A DNA stretch of 53,640 nt, taken from IMG/VR virus record IMGVR_UViG_3300022751_000002, positions 1 through 53,640 of that record; one strand, given 5' to 3'. The position numbers were made by a program, and so were the translations under genes. This document shows positions 35,881 through 45,228 of this stretch, in pieces (position 1 is the first letter of the stretch; each line of letters opens with the position of its first letter). The notes under the pieces are model-generated. The model was not told the DNA's origin, searched no databases, and saw nothing but the letters and a program-made list of their open reading frames with translations. The DNA is from a virus. Lineage: Duplodnaviria > Caudoviricetes.

Positions 35881-36776
35881 GTACACAAAACACAAATTTA
35901 GGACCATCTAAAGAAGAACAGGCGGTTGCAACAGTTAAGAACGATATTTCGGTTCAGGTATTAGCTAAAATTGAATCATTTCAGAATAGTGGAGAACTAA
36001 CACTCCCAAAAGATTATAACCCTGAAAATGCTTTAAAATCGGCTTATATTATTTTAAGTGATCCGAAGAATAATATTTTGGCTAAATGTGATAAATCTTC
36101 AATTGCCGAAGCGCTTTTAAAAATGGTTGTTTACGGGGTTTCTCCAATTAAAAAACAATGCTATTTTATCCCTTATGGCGAAAAACTAGAATGTTCAATT
36201 TCTTATGCCGGAAATATTGCCATTGCAAAAAGATACGGGAATCTAAAAGCAATAAAAGGAAATGCAATTTTCGATGGTGATGTTTTTGAATTCGAAGTTG
36301 ATCAGAAATCAGGAAGAAAGAAACTGATTAGCCATATTCAAACACTTGAAAGCGTTGGAAGTAATAAAATTAAAGGCGCTTATGCTATTTTTGAATTAAA
36401 CAATGGTGATTCAGATATGGAAGTAATGAATATTACTCAAATTCAGGCTTCATGGAATCAAGGAGGCTCTAAAGGAGCATCACCCGCGCACAAGAATTTT
36501 CCTGATCAAATGGCAGTTAAAACCGTTATCAACCGTGCATGTAAATTATTGATCAGCAGTTCGGATGATTCAGTTTTATACGATCCGTTGAATGATGAAG
36601 AAAAAAACAATTCAGTTGAAGAAGATGTAAAACAAACTATTACAGCAAATGCTAATAAAAAACAATTAGATTTTAATACTTCTAATATCGAAGAAGCAAA
36701 CATTATTTCAGAAGAAGAACCGCCTGTTGTTGATCATAAAGCAAATAACAAAAAGCAAATAGAAGCTGAATTTTAA
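35877..36776 (+). CDS. recT: RecT/Red-beta-type single-strand annealing protein
   Basis: KQCYFIPYG, SYAG, FPDQMAVKTVINRACK. Confidence 0.9.
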   Translation: MSTQNTNLGPSKEEQAVATVKNDISVQVLAKIESFQNSGELTLPKDYNPENALKSAYIILSDPKNNILAKCDKSSIAEALLKMVVYGVSPIKKQCYFIPYGEKLECSISYAGNIAIAKRYGNLKAIKGNAIFDGDVFEFEVDQKSGRKKLISHIQTLESVGSNKIKGAYAIFELNNGDSDMEVMNITQIQASWNQGGSKGASPAHKNFPDQMAVKTVINRACKLLISSSDDSVLYDPLNDEEKNNSVEEDVKQTITANANKKQLDFNTSNIEEANIISEEEPPVVDHKANNKKQIEAEF

Positions 36777-36779
36777 ACC

Positions 36780-37514
36780 ATGAAATTAAAAGTAATTAAT
36801 TCCGGATCTATTGGAAATTGCTATGTTTTGGAAAATGAAAATGAAACCCTGCTAATCGAATGCGGGGTTTCTATTAAAGAAATCAAAGAAGCAATTAATT
36901 TCGATGTTGGTAAGGTGGTTGGGTGTATTGTAACCCATGAACACGGCGATCATCATAAAAGCTTAAAAGAGGTTATTTCATTAGGTATTGAAACCAGGGC
37001 TTTAATTGATGTATACAAGAACAAAGGGATTTTTCCTTTAACAAAACAAGTAATTTCTGAAGGAGTTGTTTTTTATTTGGGAGGATTCAAAATTATGGGT
37101 TTCAAAGTTTCTCACAACGTGCCTTGTTTAGGTTTTTTAATAGAGCACCCGGGTTGCGGAAGAACAATTTTTATAACAGATACAAGTCATGTTGAATATA
37201 CTTTTCCTGCATTAAATAATATAATTATTGAGGCAAATTTTTGTCACGACATTATAAAGCAAAAATATGGAAATCACAACAATAAAGAATTTCTTAAAAA
37301 TCGTATTTTTAAAGATCACTTTTCATTACGTGATTGCAAAGAAATGCTTTTGGCAAATGATTTAAGAAAGGTTCAGAATATAGTTTTGATACATCTGAGT
37401 GATTCAAATTCAGACGAAGAGCGATTCAAAAAAGAAGTACATGAACTAACAGGTAAAAATACTGTTTGTGCTTCAAAAGGACTGATAATAGATTTTAATA
37501 AAGATTTGTTTTAA
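36780..37514 (+). CDS. Metallo-beta-lactamase-fold nuclease
   Basis: SGSIGNCY, THEHGDH, FITDT, IEAN, LIHLSD. Confidence 0.9.
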   Translation: MKLKVINSGSIGNCYVLENENETLLIECGVSIKEIKEAINFDVGKVVGCIVTHEHGDHHKSLKEVISLGIETRALIDVYKNKGIFPLTKQVISEGVVFYLGGFKIMGFKVSHNVPCLGFLIEHPGCGRTIFITDTSHVEYTFPALNNIIIEANFCHDIIKQKYGNHNNKEFLKNRIFKDHFSLRDCKEMLLANDLRKVQNIVLIHLSDSNSDEERFKKEVHELTGKNTVCASKGLIIDFNKDLF

Positions 37515-37519
37515 TATTT

Positions 37520-37546
37520 AAAAGCTACTTTAACGAGTGGCTTTTT
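37520..37546 (+). terminator. Intrinsic terminator
   Basis: aaaagctactt/gagtggcttttt. Confidence 0.75.
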
Positions 37547-37549
37547 CTT

Positions 37550-37610
37550 ATTTAGAATCTGTATAAACTACAACGTAATGTATTTTATATACAAATATTT
37601 TATACATTTA
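37550..37610 (+). promoter_or_regulatory. Early promoter cassette
   Basis: ATTTAGAATCTGTATAAAC; TGTATTTTATATACA 37579; TACATTTA 37603. Confidence 0.7.
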
Positions 37611-37643
37611 CACCATAGAAATAAACAATTAAAATTTATCATC

Positions 37644-37934
37644 ATGAAAGCAAATAGATCACAAATATTTTCACAAGCCTGGACATTATTCAGAAAGTAC
37701 AATATTAGTTTTAGTCAGGCATTAAAAAAGGCATGGACTGATTTTAAAAGACAGTTTTATATTTCTATTTATAATTCAATTCCTAATAAACCATCAACGG
37801 CTAAAAAGAAGCTTGAAGCAAAAAAAATGTATGAGCAATTTAATACTGTTGATTTTGCTTTAACTTTTAGAAGTGTTGAGAGCAATTCAAATGCTGCGGC
37901 TTATTATGATGGGCATACTTTAAATCTTGATTAG
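37644..37934 (+). CDS. Hypothetical early protein
   Basis: IFSQAW..FSQALKKAW; ATG 37644. Confidence 0.7.
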   Translation: MKANRSQIFSQAWTLFRKYNISFSQALKKAWTDFKRQFYISIYNSIPNKPSTAKKKLEAKKMYEQFNTVDFALTFRSVESNSNAAAYYDGHTLNLD

Positions 37935-38205
37935 TATGAAAAACAATATTATACACGTTACTATTGCGCCTGCAAGACAAATTGCACGCGTATTTCAAGG
38001 TAAAAAATTATTGAAAACTTATAACTTTAAAACAATAGTTCCTTTTGCTATTGAAAAAAAAGAATGCAGGTCACATGATTACGGAGAATGGTGTGTATCT
38101 GAAAGAGATTCAGTATCAATGATAGATGTAAAAGTTTATTGCAAAGAAACTATACAAGAATTAAAAATAAAAACTTTAGAATATTATTTAAACGTAAAAA
38201 CATAG
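37927..38205 (+). CDS. Hypothetical protein
   Basis: ORF in operon. Confidence 0.6.
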   Translation: MISMKNNIIHVTIAPARQIARVFQGKKLLKTYNFKTIVPFAIEKKECRSHDYGEWCVSERDSVSMIDVKVYCKETIQELKIKTLEYYLNVKT

Positions 38206-38209
38206 AATC

Positions 38210-38392
38210 ATGAAGCTAACAATAAACCACGAAACAAACTATTCTGAATATGATAAAGTTCAATTGGTGCAATTTTATCCAAACGTATCAATGTTTTTAT
38301 TCAATAATTATACAAGCGAAAAATACGCTAGAGATATGAAGGATAGATTCTCAATCGGAATGTGGAAATTAAAACAGATAAATAACAATTAA
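38210..38392 (+). CDS. Hypothetical protein
   Basis: ORF in operon. Confidence 0.6.
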   Translation: MKLTINHETNYSEYDKVQLVQFYPNVSMFLFNNYTSEKYARDMKDRFSIGMWKLKQINNN

Positions 38393-38402
38393 AACCAAAA
38401 TT

Positions 38403-38717
38403 ATGAACTACAAAGAAATATTTACAACACTGCCTGAAAATGAAAAACTATTTTTAATAGAAAAAGTAATGCCATGTTCGGGAACCCATAGGCAATTAGA
38501 AGAACAAGAAAGTTTTTCGTATTTACAATTAAAATGGATGGTTGAATTATTTATTAATTCAATTTCATGGGATCAAATAGATTTATTCGAAAAATTAAGT
38601 TTTCATGATGAAATACATTCTATTCGTGGAATAAGCGAGATAGGAAATGAATATGAGTGCTATGGTACCTATTCATGTGATGAACTTGTAGAAATAGAAT
38701 ACTTAACTTTAATGTAA
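38403..38717 (+). CDS. Hypothetical protein
   Basis: ORF in operon. Confidence 0.6.
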   Translation: MNYKEIFTTLPENEKLFLIEKVMPCSGTHRQLEEQESFSYLQLKWMVELFINSISWDQIDLFEKLSFHDEIHSIRGISEIGNEYECYGTYSCDELVEIEYLTLM

Positions 38718-38857
38718 TGAAAACTAACGAAATATTCCGCAACCTCAACCGTGATTTAATGTTGCGGTTGATTCCTGAAAAGCGTTTTATATTTTGCAAA
38801 ACCAACAAAGAACTGATTGATAAACTTATTAAAGAAATCGGAATCTGCTTAAATTAA
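38717..38857 (+). CDS. Hypothetical protein (46 aa)
   Basis: TAATG-coupled. Confidence 0.55.
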   Translation: MKTNEIFRNLNRDLMLRLIPEKRFIFCKTNKELIDKLIKEIGICLN

Positions 38858-38863
38858 ATTATT

Positions 38864-39199
38864 ATGATAAAATCAACTGATGTTAAAATTGGAAATTATA
38901 TTCAAGGAGTAGCGCACATATTAATTGTAGACAAATACATTATTGAAAATATTGTAGATAATCCCAAGCACCCATATAAACCAATCACATTATCAATTGA
39001 TTGGCTAAAAAAAGCAGGTTATAAACAATTGAAATGCATAAATAAAACTTATTCATTGGGAAATTTCGAAGATAATTCTGCAATATTTGTTTCAGGTGAA
39101 AAGTTTGCGCATATCAACACTGGAACGCGTTTAGATTATGTTCACGAACTTCAAAATTTGCATTCATGTTTATTTAAAAAAGAACTTAAATTTAATTAG
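38864..39199 (+). CDS. Hypothetical phage protein
   Basis: KIGNYI..KPITLSIDWLKKAG..YVHELQNL. Confidence 0.7.
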   Translation: MIKSTDVKIGNYIQGVAHILIVDKYIIENIVDNPKHPYKPITLSIDWLKKAGYKQLKCINKTYSLGNFEDNSAIFVSGEKFAHINTGTRLDYVHELQNLHSCLFKKELKFN

Positions 39200-39201
39200 A
39201 A

Positions 39202-39456
39202 ATGAACCAAAAAATAAAATCAATTACAGAGGCTTTTTCAAGTCGCCCCGAAACACTTGAAGTGTATATTCTAAATGATGATCAATACTATAGATCGCAT
39301 AGAATAGGAGAGTATTTAATAAAAGAAATAAAATTAGAATATTTAGAAGGTTTATACGACAAAGAATTTGTGGAATATTATGTAGGATATGGTTTTGAAG
39401 GACAACGTTTATTTCAATATTTAGCAAAGTCAGTAAATGTTAAGTTTAAGCCATGA
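39202..39456 (+). CDS. Hypothetical protein
   Basis: ORF in operon. Confidence 0.65.
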   Translation: MNQKIKSITEAFSSRPETLEVYILNDDQYYRSHRIGEYLIKEIKLEYLEGLYDKEFVEYYVGYGFEGQRLFQYLAKSVNVKFKP

Positions 39457-39893
39457 GCGTTTACAATGGATCTAAAAAGATCGACCAACAACGAGCAATT
39501 CAAAGATTACAGTTTTTAATTGCCAATGGAAAAGTTTTTGAACTTACAGAAAAGAAGCGAACCAGGTCGATAAGTCAGAATTCATATTTACATCTTATTT
39601 TACAATTTTTTGCACATGAAACGGGATATACGACAGCTGAAGTAAAACAGGAAATATTTAAGAAAATTGTAAATCCTGATACATTTTATGATGGTGAAGT
39701 TGATAAAGGTTTAATTGTGCTGCAACGTTGGCGATCAACAGCAAGCCTTAACACAAATGAAATGGCACTTTGTATTGACCGGTTCCGGGATTACGCATCA
39801 AAAGAAGCCGGAATTTATCTTCCTGACCCGCACGATCTTTCTTTAATCGATGAAATAAAAATAACAGTTGAAAATAATAAGCAATATTTATAA
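39453..39893 (+). CDS. NinB-like recombination protein
   Basis: RSISQNSYLH, RSTASLNTNEM, GIYLPDP. Confidence 0.7.
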   Translation: MSVYNGSKKIDQQRAIQRLQFLIANGKVFELTEKKRTRSISQNSYLHLILQFFAHETGYTTAEVKQEIFKKIVNPDTFYDGEVDKGLIVLQRWRSTASLNTNEMALCIDRFRDYASKEAGIYLPDPHDLSLIDEIKITVENNKQYL

Positions 39894-39908
39894 ATTAAAA
39901 CTAAAAAA

Positions 39909-40331
39909 ATGAGAAAAATTCAATTTAGATCATATAATCCTATTATTAAAAAAATGTATTACGATTTTGATCAATCAATCAGCGAAGTTAAATTAGGTAA
40001 AAGCATTCATCAATTTGTTTACGACAATGGTTTGATATTTGACAGCTTAATGCAATATACAGGACTAAAAGATAAAAATGGTATAGAAATTTATGAAGGT
40101 GATATATTTTCAAAAGTTTCTATATCTGAATTGGGTGGAAATATTCAATATTTTTATTTAGTAAAATGGTCTTGTTCTGATGCTCAATTTGTTACATATC
40201 AATACAAGCTTGACGAAGATAGGGATGGAATTTATTGGAAAAAAGAAGATTGTTCAAGTAATTTAAATATGGTAAGAACATATAATCACGTTATCGGAAA
40301 CATTCACGATAACCCCGAATTATTAAAATAA
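39909..40331 (+). CDS. YopX family protein
   Basis: IQFRSY, LMQYTGLKDKNGIEIYEGDI, VIGNIHDNPELL. Confidence 0.92.
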   Translation: MRKIQFRSYNPIIKKMYYDFDQSISEVKLGKSIHQFVYDNGLIFDSLMQYTGLKDKNGIEIYEGDIFSKVSISELGGNIQYFYLVKWSCSDAQFVTYQYKLDEDRDGIYWKKEDCSSNLNMVRTYNHVIGNIHDNPELLK

Positions 40332-40337
40332 CATTCT

Positions 40338-40446
40338 TATATTTGTCTAGTGGTTTATTGTCGGATTAATCACAATACAAGACATATCAGAATTCCCTAA
40401 AGATCAGCTATCCGACAATAGCCCTTTAGGGAATTTCTACTTTTTA
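40338..40446 (+). promoter_or_regulatory. Promoter + kissing-loop leader RNA A
   Basis: TATATTTG; loop tattgtcggat complementary to atccgacaata in second hairpin. Confidence 0.65.
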
Positions 40447-40479
40447 ACACTTAATCAATAATAATTAAATATTTAAATC

Positions 40480-41091
40480 ATGGGAAAAGCCATCAAAGAA
40501 AAAGAAGTGAACGAAGAAGTTCAAGATGTACAAAAAGATTTTGAAATCAAATCTGCATCAATTAAAGACCATCAATGTACTTATGGTTATGAAATTTTAA
40601 CTGGTCCAACTCGCGGAGATCTTATTCCGGGGCGAAAAGGAGTTCATTTAATTCATGATGATTTGAATGAATGTTTTTCAGAGTTAAGCATTTTTCTAAT
40701 GCATATCGATGATTATTTCAAAAACGATGAGAACGTAAACAATCAAACTCCTTTATCAAAATTAGAGGAACATGAAGATTTAAATCGTTATTGGGTAACG
40801 GGTTTTAAAGTTACGGGATTCGACGAAAACAAATCAATTATTCTAACAGGTGAAAAATCTGTAACAAATGGATTGATCAAAATTGTTTCGCCGAAAATCA
40901 AACTTGATGGTACTTATTTGTACGTTGAAGAATTAAACGAAAGGCTGCGTATTGCTTTGAATGAAGTTGAAGCGTATATGAATGGTAAATCAGCGCCGAA
41001 ATTGGAACAAACCGAATTAGATCTTCAAGCTTTTGCACAAGAGGATAATTTACCAATTATTGGTGAAGATATGGAAAGCGCTGAAGTTTAA
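40480..41091 (+). CDS. Acidic hypothetical protein
   Basis: EVEAYMNGK..QTELDL. Confidence 0.75.
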   Translation: MGKAIKEKEVNEEVQDVQKDFEIKSASIKDHQCTYGYEILTGPTRGDLIPGRKGVHLIHDDLNECFSELSIFLMHIDDYFKNDENVNNQTPLSKLEEHEDLNRYWVTGFKVTGFDENKSIILTGEKSVTNGLIKIVSPKIKLDGTYLYVEELNERLRIALNEVEAYMNGKSAPKLEQTELDLQAFAQEDNLPIIGEDMESAEV

Positions 41092-41094
41092 TTT

Positions 41095-42255
41095 ATGGTT
41101 TTTCAAGATCGTAAATATCAAAGTGATGCGATATCACATGGAATAAATTACCTTCTTGGCGATTCTAAAGAAAATGCATTACAGATACTACCGACAGGCT
41201 CAGGAAAGTCGGTAGTAATTGCAAAAATATTAGAGCCATTGCCCGGGAAAACAGTAATTCTTCAACCATCAAAAGAAATCTTAGAACAGAACTACGAAAA
41301 GTTTTCAAAATATGGCAGAGCTTCTATTTATTCAGCATCGGCCGGCCAAAAAGTAATTGATCGAATTACCTTTGCAACTATCGGTTCTATTATTGAAAAG
41401 CTTCATATGTTCAAAGGAACTGATTATTTCCTTATAGATGAATGCCATTTGTGTGGTCCGGAAAAAGGAATGTATCAAAAACTTTTTAAAGCTTTTCCAA
41501 AAGCTAAATTTTTAGGATTAACCGCAACGCCTTACCGCCTTACCCAAACTGAAGATGGGGCACAATTAATTTTCCTTACGCGCAGCCAACCAAGATTATT
41601 CCATAATGTCCTTTATTACGTTCAGAATTCAGTTTTATTTGATGCCGGATATTTGGCTAAACTAAGATATTTCTCTTATGATGTAGTTGACAGGTCTAAA
41701 CTAGAAATGAATAGCTCAGGAACCGACTTTACAACAGCGAGTTTAAGCCGATTATATAAATCGATAGACATGCCCTCGAAAATTGTAATGTACGCTAAAA
41801 TGATACTTTCTAAGCGAAAAAACGTTTTGATATTTTGTGCTACTATAGTCGAAGCCACAATTGTGATGCGTAGAATGCCGGGATCAGCTTTATTAACTTC
41901 AGAAACAAAAACTGTTGATAGAGAAAGAATATTGATGGATTTTAAAAAAGGCAGAATAAAATGTTTAGTGAATTGCTCGGTGCTCACAACCGGATTCGAT
42001 TATCCCGGATTAGAAGCTGTTTTGATTGCCCGTTCTACAATGTCATTATCATTATATTATCAGATTGTTGGTCGTGTAATGCGTATTTTCACCTATCCTG
42101 ATGGAACAAAAAAAGAAGGTTGGGTTGTAGATTTGGGAGGAAATATAAATTTCTTCGGAAAGATTGAAACAATGATCATCGAGGAACCTAAAAAAGGTCA
42201 GTTTTCTATATGGAACAATGGTCGGCAGTTAACCAACGTGCCATTAATTAAATAA
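41095..42255 (+). CDS. Superfamily II DEAD/DEAH-type helicase
   Basis: PTGSGKS, DECH, GLTATP, LTTGFD, QIVGRVMR. Confidence 0.93.
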   Translation: MVFQDRKYQSDAISHGINYLLGDSKENALQILPTGSGKSVVIAKILEPLPGKTVILQPSKEILEQNYEKFSKYGRASIYSASAGQKVIDRITFATIGSIIEKLHMFKGTDYFLIDECHLCGPEKGMYQKLFKAFPKAKFLGLTATPYRLTQTEDGAQLIFLTRSQPRLFHNVLYYVQNSVLFDAGYLAKLRYFSYDVVDRSKLEMNSSGTDFTTASLSRLYKSIDMPSKIVMYAKMILSKRKNVLIFCATIVEATIVMRRMPGSALLTSETKTVDRERILMDFKKGRIKCLVNCSVLTTGFDYPGLEAVLIARSTMSLSLYYQIVGRVMRIFTYPDGTKKEGWVVDLGGNINFFGKIETMIIEEPKKGQFSIWNNGRQLTNVPLIK

Positions 42256-42272
42256 CTTTAATAATAAATATT

Positions 42273-42905
42273 ATGAAAAAAATAAACATGACTGAGCAAT
42301 TAGAACAGTTAATTTCTGAAGAATCACGGATTAAAGAAATGCATTTAAAGGAATTTTGGAGTAAAAACCAAATGACTGAAAAATTATTCACAGTAGATCG
42401 TTTAGGAACTATTAGAGAAATTGAAATCACAGGAAATCATATTGGTTATCTATTTGAAGATAGAAATATTTGGCGACCGAATTATGATAAAGAAAAAAGA
42501 CCAAGCAAAAATTTAGTCGTTGCGTATATTGAATATGTAGAATCAATAAAAACCGCTGAACAGGTTGTTTATATTGATTATCGTGATAGGGGTACAGGCT
42601 GTTATAAATATTCTGATTTAATAAAAGAACCTCATTTTGCATTTAATGAATTTGAATTACAAACAGAATCAAAAAGGCTTTCTGAAACTTATGCACCAAA
42701 AGAAAATCATACTGCATGCGGTTATTGCGGAAAACAAACGCCTAATGATAAATTAGTAAATAGTACTATTATCGGGCGTGGGAGAAAAGAAGTTTATAAC
42801 GATTGGAAAAGACGTTATGAAAGCAAAGCAGTTGTAACTCATGAACCTATGAAATTTTGTTCAGGAACTTGCGCAGGAAATGAACAAATGTCACGTGAAG
42901 GATAA
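42273..42905 (+). CDS. Hypothetical protein with C-terminal zinc finger
   Basis: CGYC..FCSGTC. Confidence 0.7.
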   Translation: MKKINMTEQLEQLISEESRIKEMHLKEFWSKNQMTEKLFTVDRLGTIREIEITGNHIGYLFEDRNIWRPNYDKEKRPSKNLVVAYIEYVESIKTAEQVVYIDYRDRGTGCYKYSDLIKEPHFAFNEFELQTESKRLSETYAPKENHTACGYCGKQTPNDKLVNSTIIGRGRKEVYNDWKRRYESKAVVTHEPMKFCSGTCAGNEQMSREG

Positions 42906-42920
42906 TTTAAATTAGAAATC

Positions 42921-43175
42921 ATGCCAACATGGAGAGAACACGCATCGCCAATTATAGCAAAAGTAATTGCTGATAATAAAGGAAAAACACCAAATGAAAT
43001 AAAAAAGGCTTTACATTCTGCCTATCCTTATGGAGAACGAGCCCGACACCCGTATAAAATATGGTGTGATGAAATAAAAGTTCAATTAAAAACGAAAGTT
43101 TCAAATTTAAAACCTCAAACGGAAAATCAGATTGATTTATTTGATATGATCCAGGAAGTGGAAAAAGAAAAGTAA
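42921..43175 (+). CDS. Hypothetical protein
   Basis: AYPYGER..PYKIWCDE; QIDLF. Confidence 0.7.
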   Translation: MPTWREHASPIIAKVIADNKGKTPNEIKKALHSAYPYGERARHPYKIWCDEIKVQLKTKVSNLKPQTENQIDLFDMIQEVEKEK

Positions 43176-43192
43176 TTTAAAAATTTATTATT

Positions 43193-43534
43193 ATGAAAAC
43201 AGGAATTGAGTTAATCACAGAAGAAAGACAAAAGCAAATCACAAAACATGGTTTTACGGCCGAGCACCACGCTTTAAATTCTGAAAAATGGTATAAAGAA
43301 TATCAATTAACAACATGCGCTAGTTTACTTATACACCAAGATCAGGAAAACGGATTAAATGACGCTTTAATTGATTTAGGAAAATCACAATTAAACAATT
43401 GGGATTTAGATTGGTTTGATAATATGATGCGTAGACCCGATAAAGAACGTTTAATTATTGCGGGTGCTTTAATTGCTGCCGAATTAGATCGTTTGAATTA
43501 TATTGAAGAAAATAACATTTCAGGAAGAGTGTAA
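43193..43534 (+). CDS. Hypothetical phage protein
   Basis: EERQKQI..AGALIAAELDRL. Confidence 0.75.
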   Translation: MKTGIELITEERQKQITKHGFTAEHHALNSEKWYKEYQLTTCASLLIHQDQENGLNDALIDLGKSQLNNWDLDWFDNMMRRPDKERLIIAGALIAAELDRLNYIEENNISGRV

Positions 43535-43706
43535 TTTAAAATCATTATAAATTACCTTAAATTGTTTGTAAATTCAAATAAATGTGTATTTTTGCTACTG
43601 TATTGAAGTGAGACGCAATACCAACTACAGTAACATAACGGAAAATATTATACAAGTCCTATCAGGGCGGCACGTCTCACACCTTTGCTAAACTGATAGG
43701 ATTTTG
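43534..43706 (+). promoter_or_regulatory. 19-bp box, promoter and kissing-loop leader RNA B
   Basis: ATTTAAAATCATTATAAAT; TATTTTTG 43587; gtgagacg/cgtctcac loops. Confidence 0.65.
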
Positions 43707-43726
43707 CTATTTAAATACTTTTTATT

Positions 43727-43948
43727 ATGATAACACCAAAACAACAAGCAGGAAATCTAATTGAAGATTTTTTATACAATCATACTCAATCGGGAGGCAT
43801 AGGAATAACCGAAAAACAAGCGATTAATTTTGCTTTAATTACTGCTAAAAAAATGCATTATGAATTATCAGATCTTCCACGCATTCCATACAATGAAAAA
43901 AGAACAGATTATTGGAAAATGGTAATTTATGAACTTGAAAAACTTTAA
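43727..43948 (+). CDS. Hypothetical protein, paralog of 25706..25933
   Basis: TPKQQA..YWKMVIYELEKL. Confidence 0.7.
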   Translation: MITPKQQAGNLIEDFLYNHTQSGGIGITEKQAINFALITAKKMHYELSDLPRIPYNEKRTDYWKMVIYELEKL

Positions 43949-43951
43949 GTC

Positions 43952-44320
43952 ATGGAAACCAAAACAACAGCCTTAAGGCGTGAATTACTCACGCGCCTAG
44001 TAAATGAATACGGAAATAAACCGAAAGCTTATGTTGTTAAAAAAGCAAAAGAAAGGGGTATTTATCCTTATGATGAAGATGATAACGAGGTTTATTGTTT
44101 GATCAATGCTTTTGCCGTTTTTCATAAAATGCCTTTTGGGTATATTGAACCTGAAAAACCTAAAAACGAAATTGTTTTCGAAATGGATCCGGAAAAAGAT
44201 ATTGAAAAGCCAAATGAACTCGAAATAGACGCGTTTTATGAATCATTAATTAAACAACGCGATTCTCTATCAAAAAAACTTTTGGCTTTAAATAAGCTTA
44301 TTGAAACTTATAAAACTTGA
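43952..44320 (+). CDS. Hypothetical protein
   Basis: ORF overlapping initiator start. Confidence 0.7.
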   Translation: METKTTALRRELLTRLVNEYGNKPKAYVVKKAKERGIYPYDEDDNEVYCLINAFAVFHKMPFGYIEPEKPKNEIVFEMDPEKDIEKPNELEIDAFYESLIKQRDSLSKKLLALNKLIETYKT

Positions 44321-45228
44321 TTATGGCTGAGAACAAAAATAAAGTAATTGTGTATGCTGATTGGATACATAAATTTGAAGAACTTGAAGATGATGAAGCA
44401 GGAAGATTGATTAAGCACTTTTTTAGGTACATTAACGACTTAAATCCTGACCCCCCTGACAGAACTACCAAATTAATGTTTATCGACATTAAAAACACTT
44501 TAAAAAGAGATTTGGATAAATGGGAGGAAAAAAGCCCTGAAAGGATTGAAAAAGCTAGGCTTGCCGGAATTGCAAGTGCTGAAGCTCGTAAGATCAAAAA
44601 GGAACTAAATTCAACTAACGAGTTGAAAAATCAACTAAACCCAACTAAATCAACCGTAAGTGTAAGTGTTAGTGTTAGTGATACTGTAAACGTAAGTGTT
44701 AGTGAAAAAGAAAAACTTAAGATATTAAATAGTTTTCTATTGTCCGAAATTAAAATTTCGAACGATAATAATTTTTTAAATTTTGGTGAACATGTAATTT
44801 CAATTTCAGAAAAAGAAAGAATTAATTTTAAAACAGCAGTTTGGTTTCAAAAATTATTCATAAAAAATTTGAAAGAAAAAAATTCTCCCACCTCAACACA
44901 GGAAAAAGCAAAGTATAAAAGTTATGTTGATCCGATTCGTTTGATGTTTGATGTTGATAAAGTCACTCAGGAGCAAATAAAGACTGCCTATGAATTTTTA
45001 AATTCAATTGATGGTGAGTTTTGGAAAAAAAATATTCTTTCAACTGAAACGCTTAGAAAGCAAATTCAAAAATTAATAATTCAAAAAAATAGTTCAAATG
45101 GAAAATCAGAACAACAATTTACCGGAAATACAAAAACCCGCGCAAGATTTAGCATTGCTAGAGCAGAACAAACCTTACTTGCTGACGCTGAAAGAAAACG
45201 AACCGAAATGGAAAACCGTAACGGCTAA
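44317..45228 (+). CDS. Replication initiator (DUF6291-like N-terminus)
   Basis: ELEDDEAGRLIKHFFRY, AGIASAEAR, SVSVSVS linker, FWKKNILSTETLRKQ. Confidence 0.8.
   Translation: MIMAENKNKVIVYADWIHKFEELEDDEAGRLIKHFFRYINDLNPDPPDRTTKLMFIDIKNTLKRDLDKWEEKSPERIEKARLAGIASAEARKIKKELNSTNELKNQLNPTKSTVSVSVSVSDTVNVSVSEKEKLKILNSFLLSEIKISNDNNFLNFGEHVISISEKERINFKTAVWFQKLFIKNLKEKNSPTSTQEKAKYKSYVDPIRLMFDVDKVTQEQIKTAYEFLNSIDGEFWKKNILSTETLRKQIQKLIIQKNSSNGKSEQQFTGNTKTRARFSIARAEQTLLADAERKRTEMENRNG
44602..44704. repeat. Putative replication origin (iteron-like repeats inside initiator gene)
   Basis: aactaa at 44603, 44613, 44633, 44643, then gt(a/t)agt hexamer run. Confidence 0.55.

Noticed and set aside
44656-44704. 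CRISPR array or DGR repeat
   Set aside because: Hexamer low-complexity run encoding SVSVSV; no spacers, cas genes or reverse transcriptase.
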